DNA of 64,000 nt, from NCBI GenBank assembly GCA_964187785.1, contig OZ076414.1, positions 48,732,001-48,796,000 of the forward strand, written 5' to 3'. Positions 1 through 11,900 of this stretch are shown here, in pieces; the first letter of the stretch is position 1; every line of letters begins with the position of its first letter. The notes under the pieces were generated by a model, which saw nothing but the letters and a program-made list of their open reading frames with translations, did not search any database and was not told the origin of the DNA. This DNA is from Amphiscolops sp. MND2022. Taxonomy: Eukaryota. The translations under genes were made by a program, and so were the position numbers.

Positions 1-1312
1 AATGCCCTTTGTTTTTTGGAAATTTTTCAAAAAATATGCACAGTGCCGAAGAAACCTACACAGAGCTTAGTACAAATATAGTACAAATATAGTTCGAATA
101 CAAATGACACTTGGAATGATAGCGAGAGCGCTCTGAACCCAACCTCACAGACTAAATCTGAAACTAAACTAACTATAAGCTGATCCTAACAATTTTTGAT
201 ACTCCATTTTTCAGACAGTTGACTCAAACCCCATGTTTGTGGACGTACGAGATGACACTTTGACGAACCCACGTGAAGTCATTCCAGACTTCACTGTTTC
301 CAGAAAATCATTCGCGAACGGCAAGAGGTCTCAAAGAGGTCTTGATTCGTCGTATCAATCGAAAAGATCTTTCGCCAATGGATGAAACTACACCATCAAA
401 ACAAAACTCATTCTCAAGTCTGGCCAATCTTTAACTCGTTGAACATTATCATTCCCACAAAAGCCCTCGCTACAGAATGGAGCATAATAGTTTTAATTAG
501 AGTGTCAAGGATGAGTTTATGTTGTCTTTTCTTCAAATGCAACATCGAAACGAAAACTTTTTTCGTAGAAACTCAAGTGAAGCCTTCTACATTTAAAGGG
601 CAGTCAGAAATTTTGCAGAATTAAAAGTAAAGTTCACTATTTTCAGAAATATCAATAAGATGACGCTCAGCAGTATAGATCATCAAATTGCATGGTCAAT
701 TCCGAATCAAAGGTTTTTAACTATGTTTGTACGCACAGGGCAGGAAATTGAGGGAATGTGAAGGAAAGGTGATTCATTTAGGTCAAAAGGACTATCAAAT
801 TAGATTTAAATAAAGAAAGAAACAGTATAGCATCTAACGTCCAGAGAAAGCTTGCACAGCTCGTCGTGTCCCTGCCCTGAGAATCAATTCAATGTTGGTC
901 ATCACGTCAATCGTAGATTTACTATCTCAAGTAAAATCAATTGAAATTACTTAGTAGAATGATTAGACGAGACGCCACATAGCAACAAACTTTTCAGTTA
1001 GAAAACTCTTTATTTCATCCTGACTTTTTTGGATGTACAAGTTACAGAAATCTTTTAGGATAGAGTTTTGGTTGTTTATCAGTTAAAGACTTCATGTTAG
1101 CGGGAAGCAAATCTTTACTCGTCAACCAATTGTACTCTTTGCGCAGAGTATCTATAAATGATATACTTTTCATGACTTTTCGACTGTAAGTTATGGATAA
1201 AAACCCGACGAGTATAATATAGATGCTGGTAAACCATTTCACCCGTGCTGAAATTTGACCCCACTTGGTTTAGAATTTCGCGAACGATTTTTGGACAAAA
1301 TCTTGCTTCACT

Positions 1313-2474
1313 CCCAGGTTGTCACGCCATGGCCCGCCATCCATGACTCATCCATGATTCATGGCTCGCTATGGCATGGCCCATGACATGGGCAATGTAC
1401 GGAAATCCATGAATCGTGAATGAGTCATGGATGGAACTCCTGTGCCATGGCTGAAAAAAAATGAAACGGACCGTTTCAATAGCCAAAGCCGCTTCAAAAA
1501 AGATGGATATGTTCCTGTTTTTGACCACTCTCCATTACTTGAGCTGAAACAAAATGGTTAGAAGCATAATGTCGGATATTCAATTCGAAATATCGAAAGC
1601 AAAGCATTCATTAATTGAAGAATGTCCTTATTCTGGGTTGGAAGCTCACTTCTAGTGCGGTATAATATAAATATACCAAACGTGACAGGACTCACGACGA
1701 GAACGTGGCCTCCGAAAAATCCAAAAAAACTAACATCTTATAATAAATAAGGAAAATTAAAAAAAATCCTACTCAAACGTAAATGAATCTCGAAATAACG
1801 AAATAATGAACGAAAACAGTTCAAGTGAGTGAGCTCAAATTTTTATCGTGGCTTTGATCTATATACAAATTAGAATAAATCTACATTTTCTCTAAAATTG
1901 ATCTGAAAAAAGGTTTTTGTAGCAAGATTTCTTGAAAAAAAGACACGAAATCAACAAAATTACAGAACGATTAATGGGTATTAGACCATATAATTCCAGA
2001 ATTCAAGTCGAAATCGGTCGAGGAATTGATCTAGATACAAACTAGAATAATTGTACTTTTTTTCTAAAATTGATCCGAAAAGACGCGTTTTTCCGCAATT
2101 CCATCGAAAACCATCCCCGAAACCATCAAAAGCCCACCTAATGCTAACTAAATTCTTACCTATCTCGCGGCTTCGGGATACGCGGTGCTGAAAAGCGTCC
2201 TTTATGCTACACGGACCATTAAGGTAACCCTCAGAATCAAGAGACAGAACAAGAGACAAAAACTGACACAGTAATAGAAAAATTTCGACTCTGGACGGAA
2301 TTTTCAACATGGCTCATCGTGGATGAATCATGGGTCAAAATCATGGATGATGATCCATGGGGCCATGCACTGCCATGTGCCATCCATGATTTTCCATGAA
2401 AGTAGGAGTAATTCGTCAAAAAATCCATGATCATGGATGATTTTCCATGAACGAGCCATGACAGACAACCTGGG
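1313..2474. mobile_element. Non-autonomous CMC/EnSpm-like DNA transposon (CCC...GGG termini, 2-bp TSD CT)
   Basis: Perfect 11-bp TIR CCCAGGTTGTC (1313-1323) / GACAACCTGGG (2464-2474). CT on both flanks (1311-1312, 2475-2476). Dense subterminal CCATG/CATGG arrays at ~1325-1450 and ~2308-2460. Confidence 0.75.
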
Positions 2475-4470
2475 CTGTCTGAGCTTCTGTGTCTTTCTGA
2501 ACAACATCCGTGCTTAAAAGTGTACACAAAAAAAACAACGGAATCATTCCTTTTTCTTTGCACGAAATGAGTTTGATCGAGAGTTTGCGAGCAAACTGGT
2601 TCGTGAATTTTACCACTAATCCTACTAATCAAATTGAACTAGAGTGATGACTAGTAGAGCGTTATCGTTCTTCTCTGAAGTTCCAGTCGATTTAAACTCT
2701 ACAGTGAGCAGTTATTTGTTTTGTACTTTCCACGTATGATTTTCTAAGTTGCTGTAAGTTTGAATTTTAGTTGTGAAACTTGTGAAGCAAGAAAATACCA
2801 CTGGACGTGAAGTGAATTTTTGAAAAAAAATACTTTTGGCAAAACGCTTTTGATAGAAGCTAAAACGTTTTGACAACGTTTATGATAGATGATTCAATTC
2901 CTTCAGAAATTTTGTCCCTGAAACGACGTGAAAAAAAGTCACAACTTGTTGCAAAGTCACACACATATTTCAGAAGCACCTTTGAAACTATTTCTTCATT
3001 TTTCTTCTTCTTTCTATCTGGGGAAAGTATCGATTGTGACACCATTTCATTGGAATATAAACCAAAAATGAAACGTAATTATTGCAACATTACTACGTTT
3101 GAAGATGAATCAAACAATACGTCGACCTACAAAATTACTCAGCAAAAACACGATGATAAGAGACAGTATGTGAAACTATTCGCGTGAGAAAAAAACAGAA
3201 AGTATTCAATGCTTCACTGCTGTAAAAGTAAGCCAGCAAAAGAGTCAGCCTAAAAAAACAACAAGCGACATATTTTGCAAATTCTGCTTATGGGTTTCCA
3301 GAAGCAACTCGGACACCTAGCGGCGTCAATTGGTTGACCGAAAATATCCCAATACTTTGAACTAAAATCTTTCTACAGATCTGAAAACAAGCTCATGCAC
3401 TTATTCATATAGAGTTCCCAAATAAACACTCCTAGAAACACAAATTCAACTTGCCCTCAATCTGTCAAGCTCCATAATAAAAACGGTTATACCGTTGATA
3501 AAGTTCAGAGGTGTAGCATTTTTAGCATTGTCAATATTTGAACACAAAGTACTAAAATTGAGTTTCAACTTTTGAAATTAAATAATCCGGCCCTAATGAA
3601 AGCCGTGCCCCATCCTCATTCTTCCTTGCAAACGTTAAGTCTAATGGATAAAAAAGTACTAGTGTTTAATTGAAGTGAGAAAAATTGTAGTAGCATTTCA
3701 TTCAAAAATTTCAGACCAGAACTGACTAGATACGAATTGATAGTAAGTAAATTTCCTTTAAGGGCGGCGACTAACAGAAGAGCCAGAGCTGCAGTGTTAG
3801 GTCTATTGAAAATCAACCGTTGCGATGAAGATTTAGTCAGCTTGGGTCTTGGTATATAAATCAAATCGTTAACATAGAAATGCCTACACCTGATGAATAT
3901 GCTCTAGGATATAATAAAGGGAGTAACAGCTAAACCTATTGACTGAGTGAAACTGTCACTGAGAGATTGGAGCGGTTCATGGACAGGAATTTGAAGAAGT
4001 TTAATGCGCGGTATAGGTTGTTATGGTTTTATGGTTGTGTATGAAGTCATCGCGTTTCAAAAGCAGATGGTAAGAGATTGAGTTTGAGTGAGAGTGCTGG
4101 AGGAGTTCTGTTAAAATTGTTCGGAAGTTGGGTGCCTGTATCACTTGGGTTGAAAGGTATTGGAGGAGATGCCATATTAGGAGCTGTAATCGAATCAGAA
4201 TTTGATAGATTGAATTTTGAAATGTCAAAAGTTGATTCTGGTAACGGAGGTTTTTAACGTCTTTATTGGAGTTCGTTCAAAAGGCGGAAAAACTGCTATA
4301 GCGTTTTGAGACGAGGTCGGTTTAGTATAAAAGATGAGTTGAGGGAGTTTCAGTGGAAGCAAAGGAAAACCAGATCAGGAGGGGTTTTGGAAAATTCAAT
4401 TGGTAGTATTTGAGGTGTTGATAGTTTCATTATTGCTAACAAAATCCATAGTGGAAATGGAGTAAATTTT

Positions 4471-5936
4471 TGTAACAGACCCTTCTGGTACCGCAAAATC
4501 ACACGATTTTTAAATTTTGACATGATCAGAAAATTGGTTAAAAATTCAAATTCGATGTGTGACGTGGCACTGAGCATGTGATTGCTATTTTCGCTGTTTC
4601 GCCATTTTCAATGCAAAACAGGGACGAGAATAGACCGAGCGGGAACACGGAGTACGAAACAGCCTGAGAGCTTAGAGAATTCTAAAAAAGACTCGTTTTG
4701 AGGTGCCAACCCCGGTTTTTATCGATTTCAGCATTATGCTACCTTGAGTGGCGGAAGCCGGTGAAATGAGTCTTTTAGCTTGATTATCCTCGTTTGGTGC
4801 TTGGAACCCCTGCGCCACAGCTTGTAGCTGTGTGGATTGCCAGTTTGACGAGTGTTTTAATGTATTTTCACTGGTTGTATGTAACGACAAGCTCCCACCA
4901 TGGTCGCTGCTTCATCATAGAGATAGAGGAACCTACGGCATGGGTATTTGACCGGAACAGGCGCCCATGACCATTTTGCCTCCTTCGGGTAAAAGTTGTC
5001 CCGTCAGAGGAGGATTCCGCCTCTTGTGGAGTACTCGTCAACGTTTTCCAGTCTTTAACTTCTATCCGTAGCGCGAATTACGCGTTTCTATCGAAATTAC
5101 CACTCAGACAGCCTTTAAAAATGAAGGTGGTGGTAAAGATAAATTTCTGCATCACAGGTCATGGTGTAAAAAGTAGCTCATGAGCTAGAACATCTGGTAT
5201 TATTGATATTTCACTGCACAGTCAGCATGGCAAGATGATCATTAGAGGGGCACAAGCACGGATGCTTGCTTAAGCAATTTCAAGACGCATTTCAAGTAAT
5301 TGCAATTGGTAGCAATATGCTAGTGAAAGTGAAGGTCAGAAAGAGTCCGTGTAATTAACGAGTTTGAGTTCGTTTTCACACTTTCTCGGTTCGCACCTCC
5401 TTTTTTCTAGCTATTTTTGGGACCCTCTCTTGCTCCGAATCGTTCTGGGCTTTTTCAATTTAGCTGGCAAGTCATTTTTAAAGACACGGAGTCTGTTGGC
5501 GGAATATGATAGAAATTGCCAAATTCTACTTCCCAGCTGGTCCTTGAACGAATATTTCAAACTTTTGATGTTGATGTCGTCGATGCAAGGTGATCGTTAC
5601 AGTAGTTACATCTACTAGCTCGAACGCTTGTTTGTGCAATTATAGATACTGTTCCGAATTATAGATATTATTAGATATTATTCCGATACCACCCTGAAGA
5701 TGGAAATTTACACCGTTTATCCTTGGCTTCGTTTTTAAAGGCTGTCCAAACGGTGGTCTGAGGCGAAAATTCGAGACGAATGCCCGTTATTCTCAGCAGT
5801 TAGAGCCTGGAACAGGCCGGAGAGCAACCTTTAAGACGGTTCCCACTCCTCGGTACCGGTAATCCTAATGGAGATAAAATGAGCTGGTGTCATGGTGGTT
5901 TGTCCCGGACCATATCCATTAGCGCTTGCCGTTACC
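4471..5936 (+). mobile_element. Non-autonomous DNA transposon, TGTAAC...GTTACA family, outer copy (TSD TTT)
   Basis: Starts TGTAACAG and ends GCTTGCCGTTACC, with TTT on both flanks. Internal modules 4500-4870 and 5690-5935 align by eye with the copy at 60856-61627. Confidence 0.7.
4880..5601 (-). mobile_element. TGTAAC...GTTACA family element nested in opposite orientation inside the outer copy (TSD GTA)
   Basis: TGTAACGACAAGCT at 4880 and GATCGTTACA ending at 5601. GTA at 4877-4879 and 5602-5604. 4900-5165 is the reverse complement of the family's right-end modules. Confidence 0.7.
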
Positions 5937-6715
5937 TTTTTAGTCGGCGCTTCATGAAGTGAAACGCGACTATTATGGTGACTCTTTTTTTGAATCCACA
6001 CGAACTGACCAAAATAGTTCTCAGAAGTTCTACAAAAAATTATTGCACCAAATTGCAAAATTGCACCATTTGGCCTAGCGAACTGAACCAAAAATTCTTT
6101 TCTGTTTTCCCGCGTAACATATCATACCGGGCGAGACCAAATGTTCCCCCCTTTTAATTTTTTTCGGCACTGTGAGACTATTTTCGGAAAAAAAAGTTTT
6201 CCCCAAAGGGTCCGCCTTCAATTTTTTTGCTTTGTGAGATTTGTTCTGAAAATAAGAGTTTTCCCCCTTCAATATTTTGATGTTTTGCGACAGAATGGAT
6301 GTTGAAAAACCCCCAAAGGGTCCCCTCTTTCAGTTTTTTGGCATTTTGAGACTTTTGTCTATAATTTTTTTCTCTCCAAACTGTCCCCCTTTCAGTTTCT
6401 TTGATATTTTACAACAGATTGGGTGTTTAAAAATCCCAAAGGTTCCCCGTTTCAGTTTTTCGGCATTGTGAGACTTTTTTCGAAAATTTGTTTTTTCTCC
6501 AAAGGGCCCCCTTCAACTGCGACAAAAATGTTGACAATTTCGGAAGTGTCCCTCTTTTAGCGCGCCAGGGGCTCGCGCTAGCAGGCCCCGGCGCGCCACC
6601 CAATCAATTTTTTTGGTTTTTCGATTTTCGAGTACTGTAAATTGACACTTGGAAGTCCTTTTACTATTTTTGAGCCTTGGATATGGCGCCGACTTGGGCC
6701 GGTCCCGGCTTGTTT
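5937..6715 (+). mobile_element. Helentron-associated/HINE (DINE-1-like) non-autonomous element
   Basis: 5' T-run, then subTIR AGTCGGCGC (5942-5950) with a partial inverted repeat CGCGACTA (5965-5972). 3' subTIR GCGCCGACT (6686-6694) is followed by the stem-loop GCCGG-TC-CCGGC and TTGTTT. Internal degenerate repeats (GGCA(C/T)TGTGAGACT, CCCCAAAGGGTCC). Confidence 0.7.
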
Positions 6716-8944
6716 AATAATACTTCAGCTACCCATTTTAAGTGCGGTCTATCGAAAGCACCGACTAAAAATTGTAAACTGTCTAGATTGGAACCCACAT
6801 TCTCTCTCTACAAAGACCTAACTTGATTACCGTGCAATTTTCTTTCGTTATATGCATTTTATCGGTATTTATTCACGGAATTCGCTAATCATTCACCCCT
6901 ATGCAAGTAAAACAAAAGCGCCATAAAAACTACATTGGAATGGGAATTAAGCGGTTCTCATTGACAGTTGATTGTAGGGTTGGACGTTCAAGGGTTTTTA
7001 TTTGTTCCAGGTAATTGTATGCAATAGAGTAGGAGTGTCTGGAGGTATGACCAAATTATTAAAGGCAAAACGCGAAAAAGTCATTTCACCTTTTTCCGAG
7101 TTTTGGACCCTTTTTCTGATTTTCATAGATGACTAGGGATGAAGCATGGACGTTGGTTTTCCATGTGGTTCACAAAATCATTTCTGTAAATTCAAACTTC
7201 AAAATGGCTGGGATGGTACCAGCGATCACATTTTGTGAAGTGCCGTTGAATTCCAGTACAAGCTTTCCATTGAAATCTACTGTGTCGAGTTTTTTCTTCT
7301 CCAAGAATTATTATAACAAAAACCCGTGGGCGTTTGCCATAGTTCATTCAAACCTTTTTTCATGTGCTCGTCAATTTTTCTCGCAGCTCCCTTCAAAAGA
7401 AATAACATGGTCCAACATCTTTGCTACATCAGCATAATAAACCAAATTTGTTTTCACCCAAAGCAGCAACTCTTGGAGCGCATATCGCTAATTCGTTGAA
7501 AGAAACTTGCTAAACTTTGAGAGTTTTCCTTTCCACGTTGCGTCTTACAGACCCTGTCTGGTCATGCAAATTTCTTGAAATAACTCGAAGGATTAATGAT
7601 ACTTCCGAGAGATTCCTTGAAAAAGTCCCTGAAATACTTGCAAGTGCTTGAAACAAGTGTCTGCCAGCCTACTGAAGCATATAAAATTTTCAAAAAAAGT
7701 TCAACTGAAGGCAGAGACCAGTTTGCGACAAATCTTATGCCTAAGTGTGATTAAGAAAATGAAAGTTGAAAGAAAAAACATACTGTAGAAAAAATCATCT
7801 TGTAGAAAAAATAGTCTAAGTGGAAGATCAAGAAAACCAACAAATTACCAAAAAATTTCTGCAAAAAACGCAAAATAAAAAAGAACCCAGATTATTAAAA
7901 TTGATTTTTCCCTCTAATGTGACGCTGCAGAATCATCAAATAGTCAAAAAATGTATGAGATATTTCAAACAAAATGGGTGCAGCCTAATTTCCTAAATGG
8001 ATCAATATTACAAAACAACTTGAAATAGTTTTTTTCCGGCTTGCATAGATTTAATAATATTTGACGTTCAAAAGCTTTGCTCGTTCAACTTGCATATACT
8101 TTCAATCGTCATGATTCTCTTTTCATTATTTAAGTGAAAGTTTCTGAAGTACAGATTATTAGAACTTGATATGTAGGGAAAATATATGGAATATTTCATA
8201 GGTGAAAATAAACAACTCAACGTTCTTTGATTTCGCCGAGTTTCTTTAAGTGTGACTAAAGTTGATGAAAAGAGAACGCAGTGTGAATTTAAGTATATTG
8301 TATCAGTCACTCCAGCACTTGAAGTAATATTACTTTGAGCTGACAATCATTGCAGTTTGTTTGCTTCTCAGGTTAGTGCATACTTTTTTAACAGGAACTA
8401 TTTTTAATGCAAGCTGCATGCCTCAAGTAATTGCAGGTCTATGTTTGAGTGACATTGGAAAAATTGTACTTCAAACTGCTCTTAATCGAATAGAAAAAAG
8501 TGTTAGACGTTAATCAAAAACTTTAAGAAATTTAAGTGGTAGTGATGATGAAATTTTAAAATTTCGAACAAAACCAACGCAATGCCGAATATACCCTAAG
8601 GGCGATCATTTGGTCTCGGATCGATTCGAGGATACTGTAAAAACTGTGAAACACTCAAAGGTAGTACATTTTAGTCTCCTTAGGGGCCTCTGGAACTCTT
8701 TAGAACTTAAGCGTAAATGTTAGGTGAAATTTATGAAAATTTATAATAGTGGACGTTTCACGGTGACTGAAGGAAAAAACTTGGTATTGTAAGAACCGTG
8801 TACTTTTTGCCCAAAACGCGCCTACTAAAAAGAATTATTGTTGAACAATTATCATTTCTGCATCAAAATTGGGATTTAGATCATAGCAATGAATAAAAAA
8901 TGTACTGATCTTTTTGAGAAGATAAAAGATATTCCTGAAAAAGT

Positions 8945-11900
8945 TCAAACTAATTGTTGGGAAGAATGGTCTTTTTTCTTCCTTTTCGACCATATCACAG
9001 AAAAAGGAATGAAGGCCGCACTCAGGGCCCAACAAGCTCGTTTTGAACAAAAACGCAACCTGTTATCGGTCAATACAGGCCGCCATGCAGTTTGGCATTT
9101 TTGGAGTTTTTAAAAATTGTTTAAGAGGCACAGAAGGTTTTCAGACACAGATTACTGGCTAATTTTTTATCCAAAAATAACTTTTAGTTTCTCAGTAACA
9201 TAAAAATTTGTAATACGAATACTTCATTAGTAGTTTGTTTTTATTAACGGTAGCTTAACTTGGGAGGGGGGTTTGAAAGTTTACAAAAAAAATTATCAAC
9301 ACACCTCCTCCACACTCTAGATGAAAAAAGTGGAATTTTTCAAAAAAACCCAGGAAAAGTGTGAAACATTCAAAAATGTGATGGAACGCATCGTTGACAT
9401 CACAAATCCAACACAAAGCCAAAAAAGGAAACACATCCCCCCTCCACACTCTACATACAAAAAAAAATCAAAAATTTAAAACTTTTTCAAAAACCCAGAA
9501 ATGGTGCGAAACGTTCAAAAATCTTGTTAAAAGCGTTGAAGCCGTCAAAAATGAGGGGGAAAAGTACCAGTATACACTTCTTCAGGACACGTAAAATCTC
9601 AAAAAATGAACAGAAAACAAAAACTTGCTTCAACTTGGAGTTTTTAAGCAATTTGGAGCAAATTTTTGACAGTGGAAGACAACTGGAATTAAACTTTTAG
9701 AGAAATTGTTTCTGTAAATCTGATTCTTCCGGGAGTTTTTCATCAGAAAACGAAACTCAAATTCAAGAGTGCCCATGACTTGTCAACTCATTTTATAGCG
9801 GTGACTGAGTAACTGTGAATGGATGCAAAGCCGCATTATGCAAAGTTTGACATGAAGCAATTTATCGCATTGATACATATCCATACTGAGCAAAGAAGTT
9901 GAAATACTTAGAATTCTATGACCCTGAAAACCTTGGTTCATCTTGTCTTGCACCATGAAAATTACGTAAGTCATGTTTATGAGTTGTTTTATGAAAAGAA
10001 AACAGACATCGATCAAGAATAACTATAGTCATTGCTTCCATTCTTCTTGCAAACAGAGACTCAACAGAACTATTAACAAGAAGAAAAGCCGGTAAAAGCA
10101 AGGCTAATGCTTATCAAGTCCAATTGAGCCTCATATTATCTGGTAATCATTGACAAATATATCATACTTACACCTTCTGACCGTGATCATAAAAGTCTTA
10201 GAAAATGGAGATCTTATTAGAAAGCTCCTTTCGCGAAGAGGAATATTGAAATTTAGCCGCTAAACGTTTCATTTGTCTAGTTTTGGGCTGTAAATGAGAG
10301 GTTAGTGAGCCCGTCATTTAAGACTTTACCAGTCGGCTGTCTACCACTAAGATTCATCTCAATTTCTAAGTTTCCAGGCATTTATATTGCAATTATTAAT
10401 ACAAGAGATCAAAGATATCCCCTGGGAAATCATCAATCACCGAGTTTTGGGTTCTCAAGAACAACATTTTACGCTATCGAAACTTCTAACCCTTGAACTT
10501 CTCAAATCAATTTTTGGGTATCTTTCGGCTCAGTGTAACAGTGTGTAATCAATTGCAGGTCTAGTTTTTATCCATTGCGTCAGTTTCAGTACTGGATTTT
10601 TAAGCGAAATGTAAAACATATAGAGGTCAATTGCACTTGATCAAATTACCCCTGGTCATTTCAGGTAAAGCTAGCAAAGATACTTCAAGTGACTTGTTCT
10701 CTAATTGAAAAAGTCCTATCGATAGTTTTCCAGAATCAAAACCTACATCTCGGGCTGTACATTCTTGCAGTGTTTTGGCCTAAGTGGAGAACAAAAGTCC
10801 AAATGCCTGTCGATAATAGGTTTCATTGTGTTCAAGTATTTTAGCGATAGTCGAAAAACATGAGTTGAAAAACATGATGACTCCACCACTCCAATTTTAT
10901 GCTTTCCAGAATTTAGGCTGTTTTCAGAGAATAGTTTAAATTGACATTTCGGAAACTTTTACAAAAAAAACTGTCATGCGAACCGAGGGTTTCATTTCGA
11001 TTACCTGCCAACTAGAAAAGGTACTGCTTGACAGGTTAGAGCAAGCAAAGTCTACATTTTGATAAAATTGCATTTGTTTTATGAAAAAGATTGCATTAAA
11101 TTGAACAAAAAGGAAACCTTACGCTCATCTTCGTTATCAAAGGTACTTCTTGAACACGTCCAACTGAGACACGGAGCTTTTACTCTATCAAAATTCGAAT
11201 TTTTCAGAATGCTTCTCCCTACAAACGAGGCTTCTCAGGAATTTAACGTTGTGACCAATCAAGTGCATGATCTACACCGTCTCAAACAGTTCATCATAAC
11301 CTCCAGAGCTCAACGGTACATCACCTGGAATTTTTCTCTGAAATACTACAGAGACAAGTATTCCCAATATTTAGAGCTGTACATATTCAAGTAGTTGACA
11401 GTGCGTAGTGCTGTAATTTTTGATTTTCTTCCCATTTTCGAGAAAAGAACGTTTTCTGCTAAAATTTTCTCTTCATTGATGCCGAGAATTATATGATTGG
11501 TTTTGAAAATTGTACTTCGCTATTTTTTCAAGTCATGCAATCTCAACTCAACAACAAACATGAGATTGACAACAACTGTCAGTTCTAAAAGCAACTCTGA
11601 AGACATTCAAATTAGGTTCAACAGCTTCGCTGCACAGTCACACCAACTGTGTCGGTACCGCTTTTGAGCTTATCTAGCGTCGCGCTCTGCCAAGTCTGTT
11701 TGCTTAATTGTTTTCCGGTTGTTTGGCTCACGTTAAAAAGAAATGCCACTGGGATACGCCTATTGACGCTACTGTTCATAATTAATCACAAGTACAAAGA
11801 GCTGACGTCGCTTTCATGTTCACGCAGCACGTCGCTCTGTTTAGTCAATCTTCAATTTGCAACGACGAAGATCTATCTGCCACTCGGGACACGCTTCTTG

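Noticed and set aside
3600-4450. Decayed coding sequence on the minus strand
   Set aside because: Partial open frames, but no recognisable motif or second copy.
7129-8500. Decayed transposase (Mutator-like Cys/His pattern) or host exons
   Set aside because: Many stops in all frames and no convincing catalytic motif.
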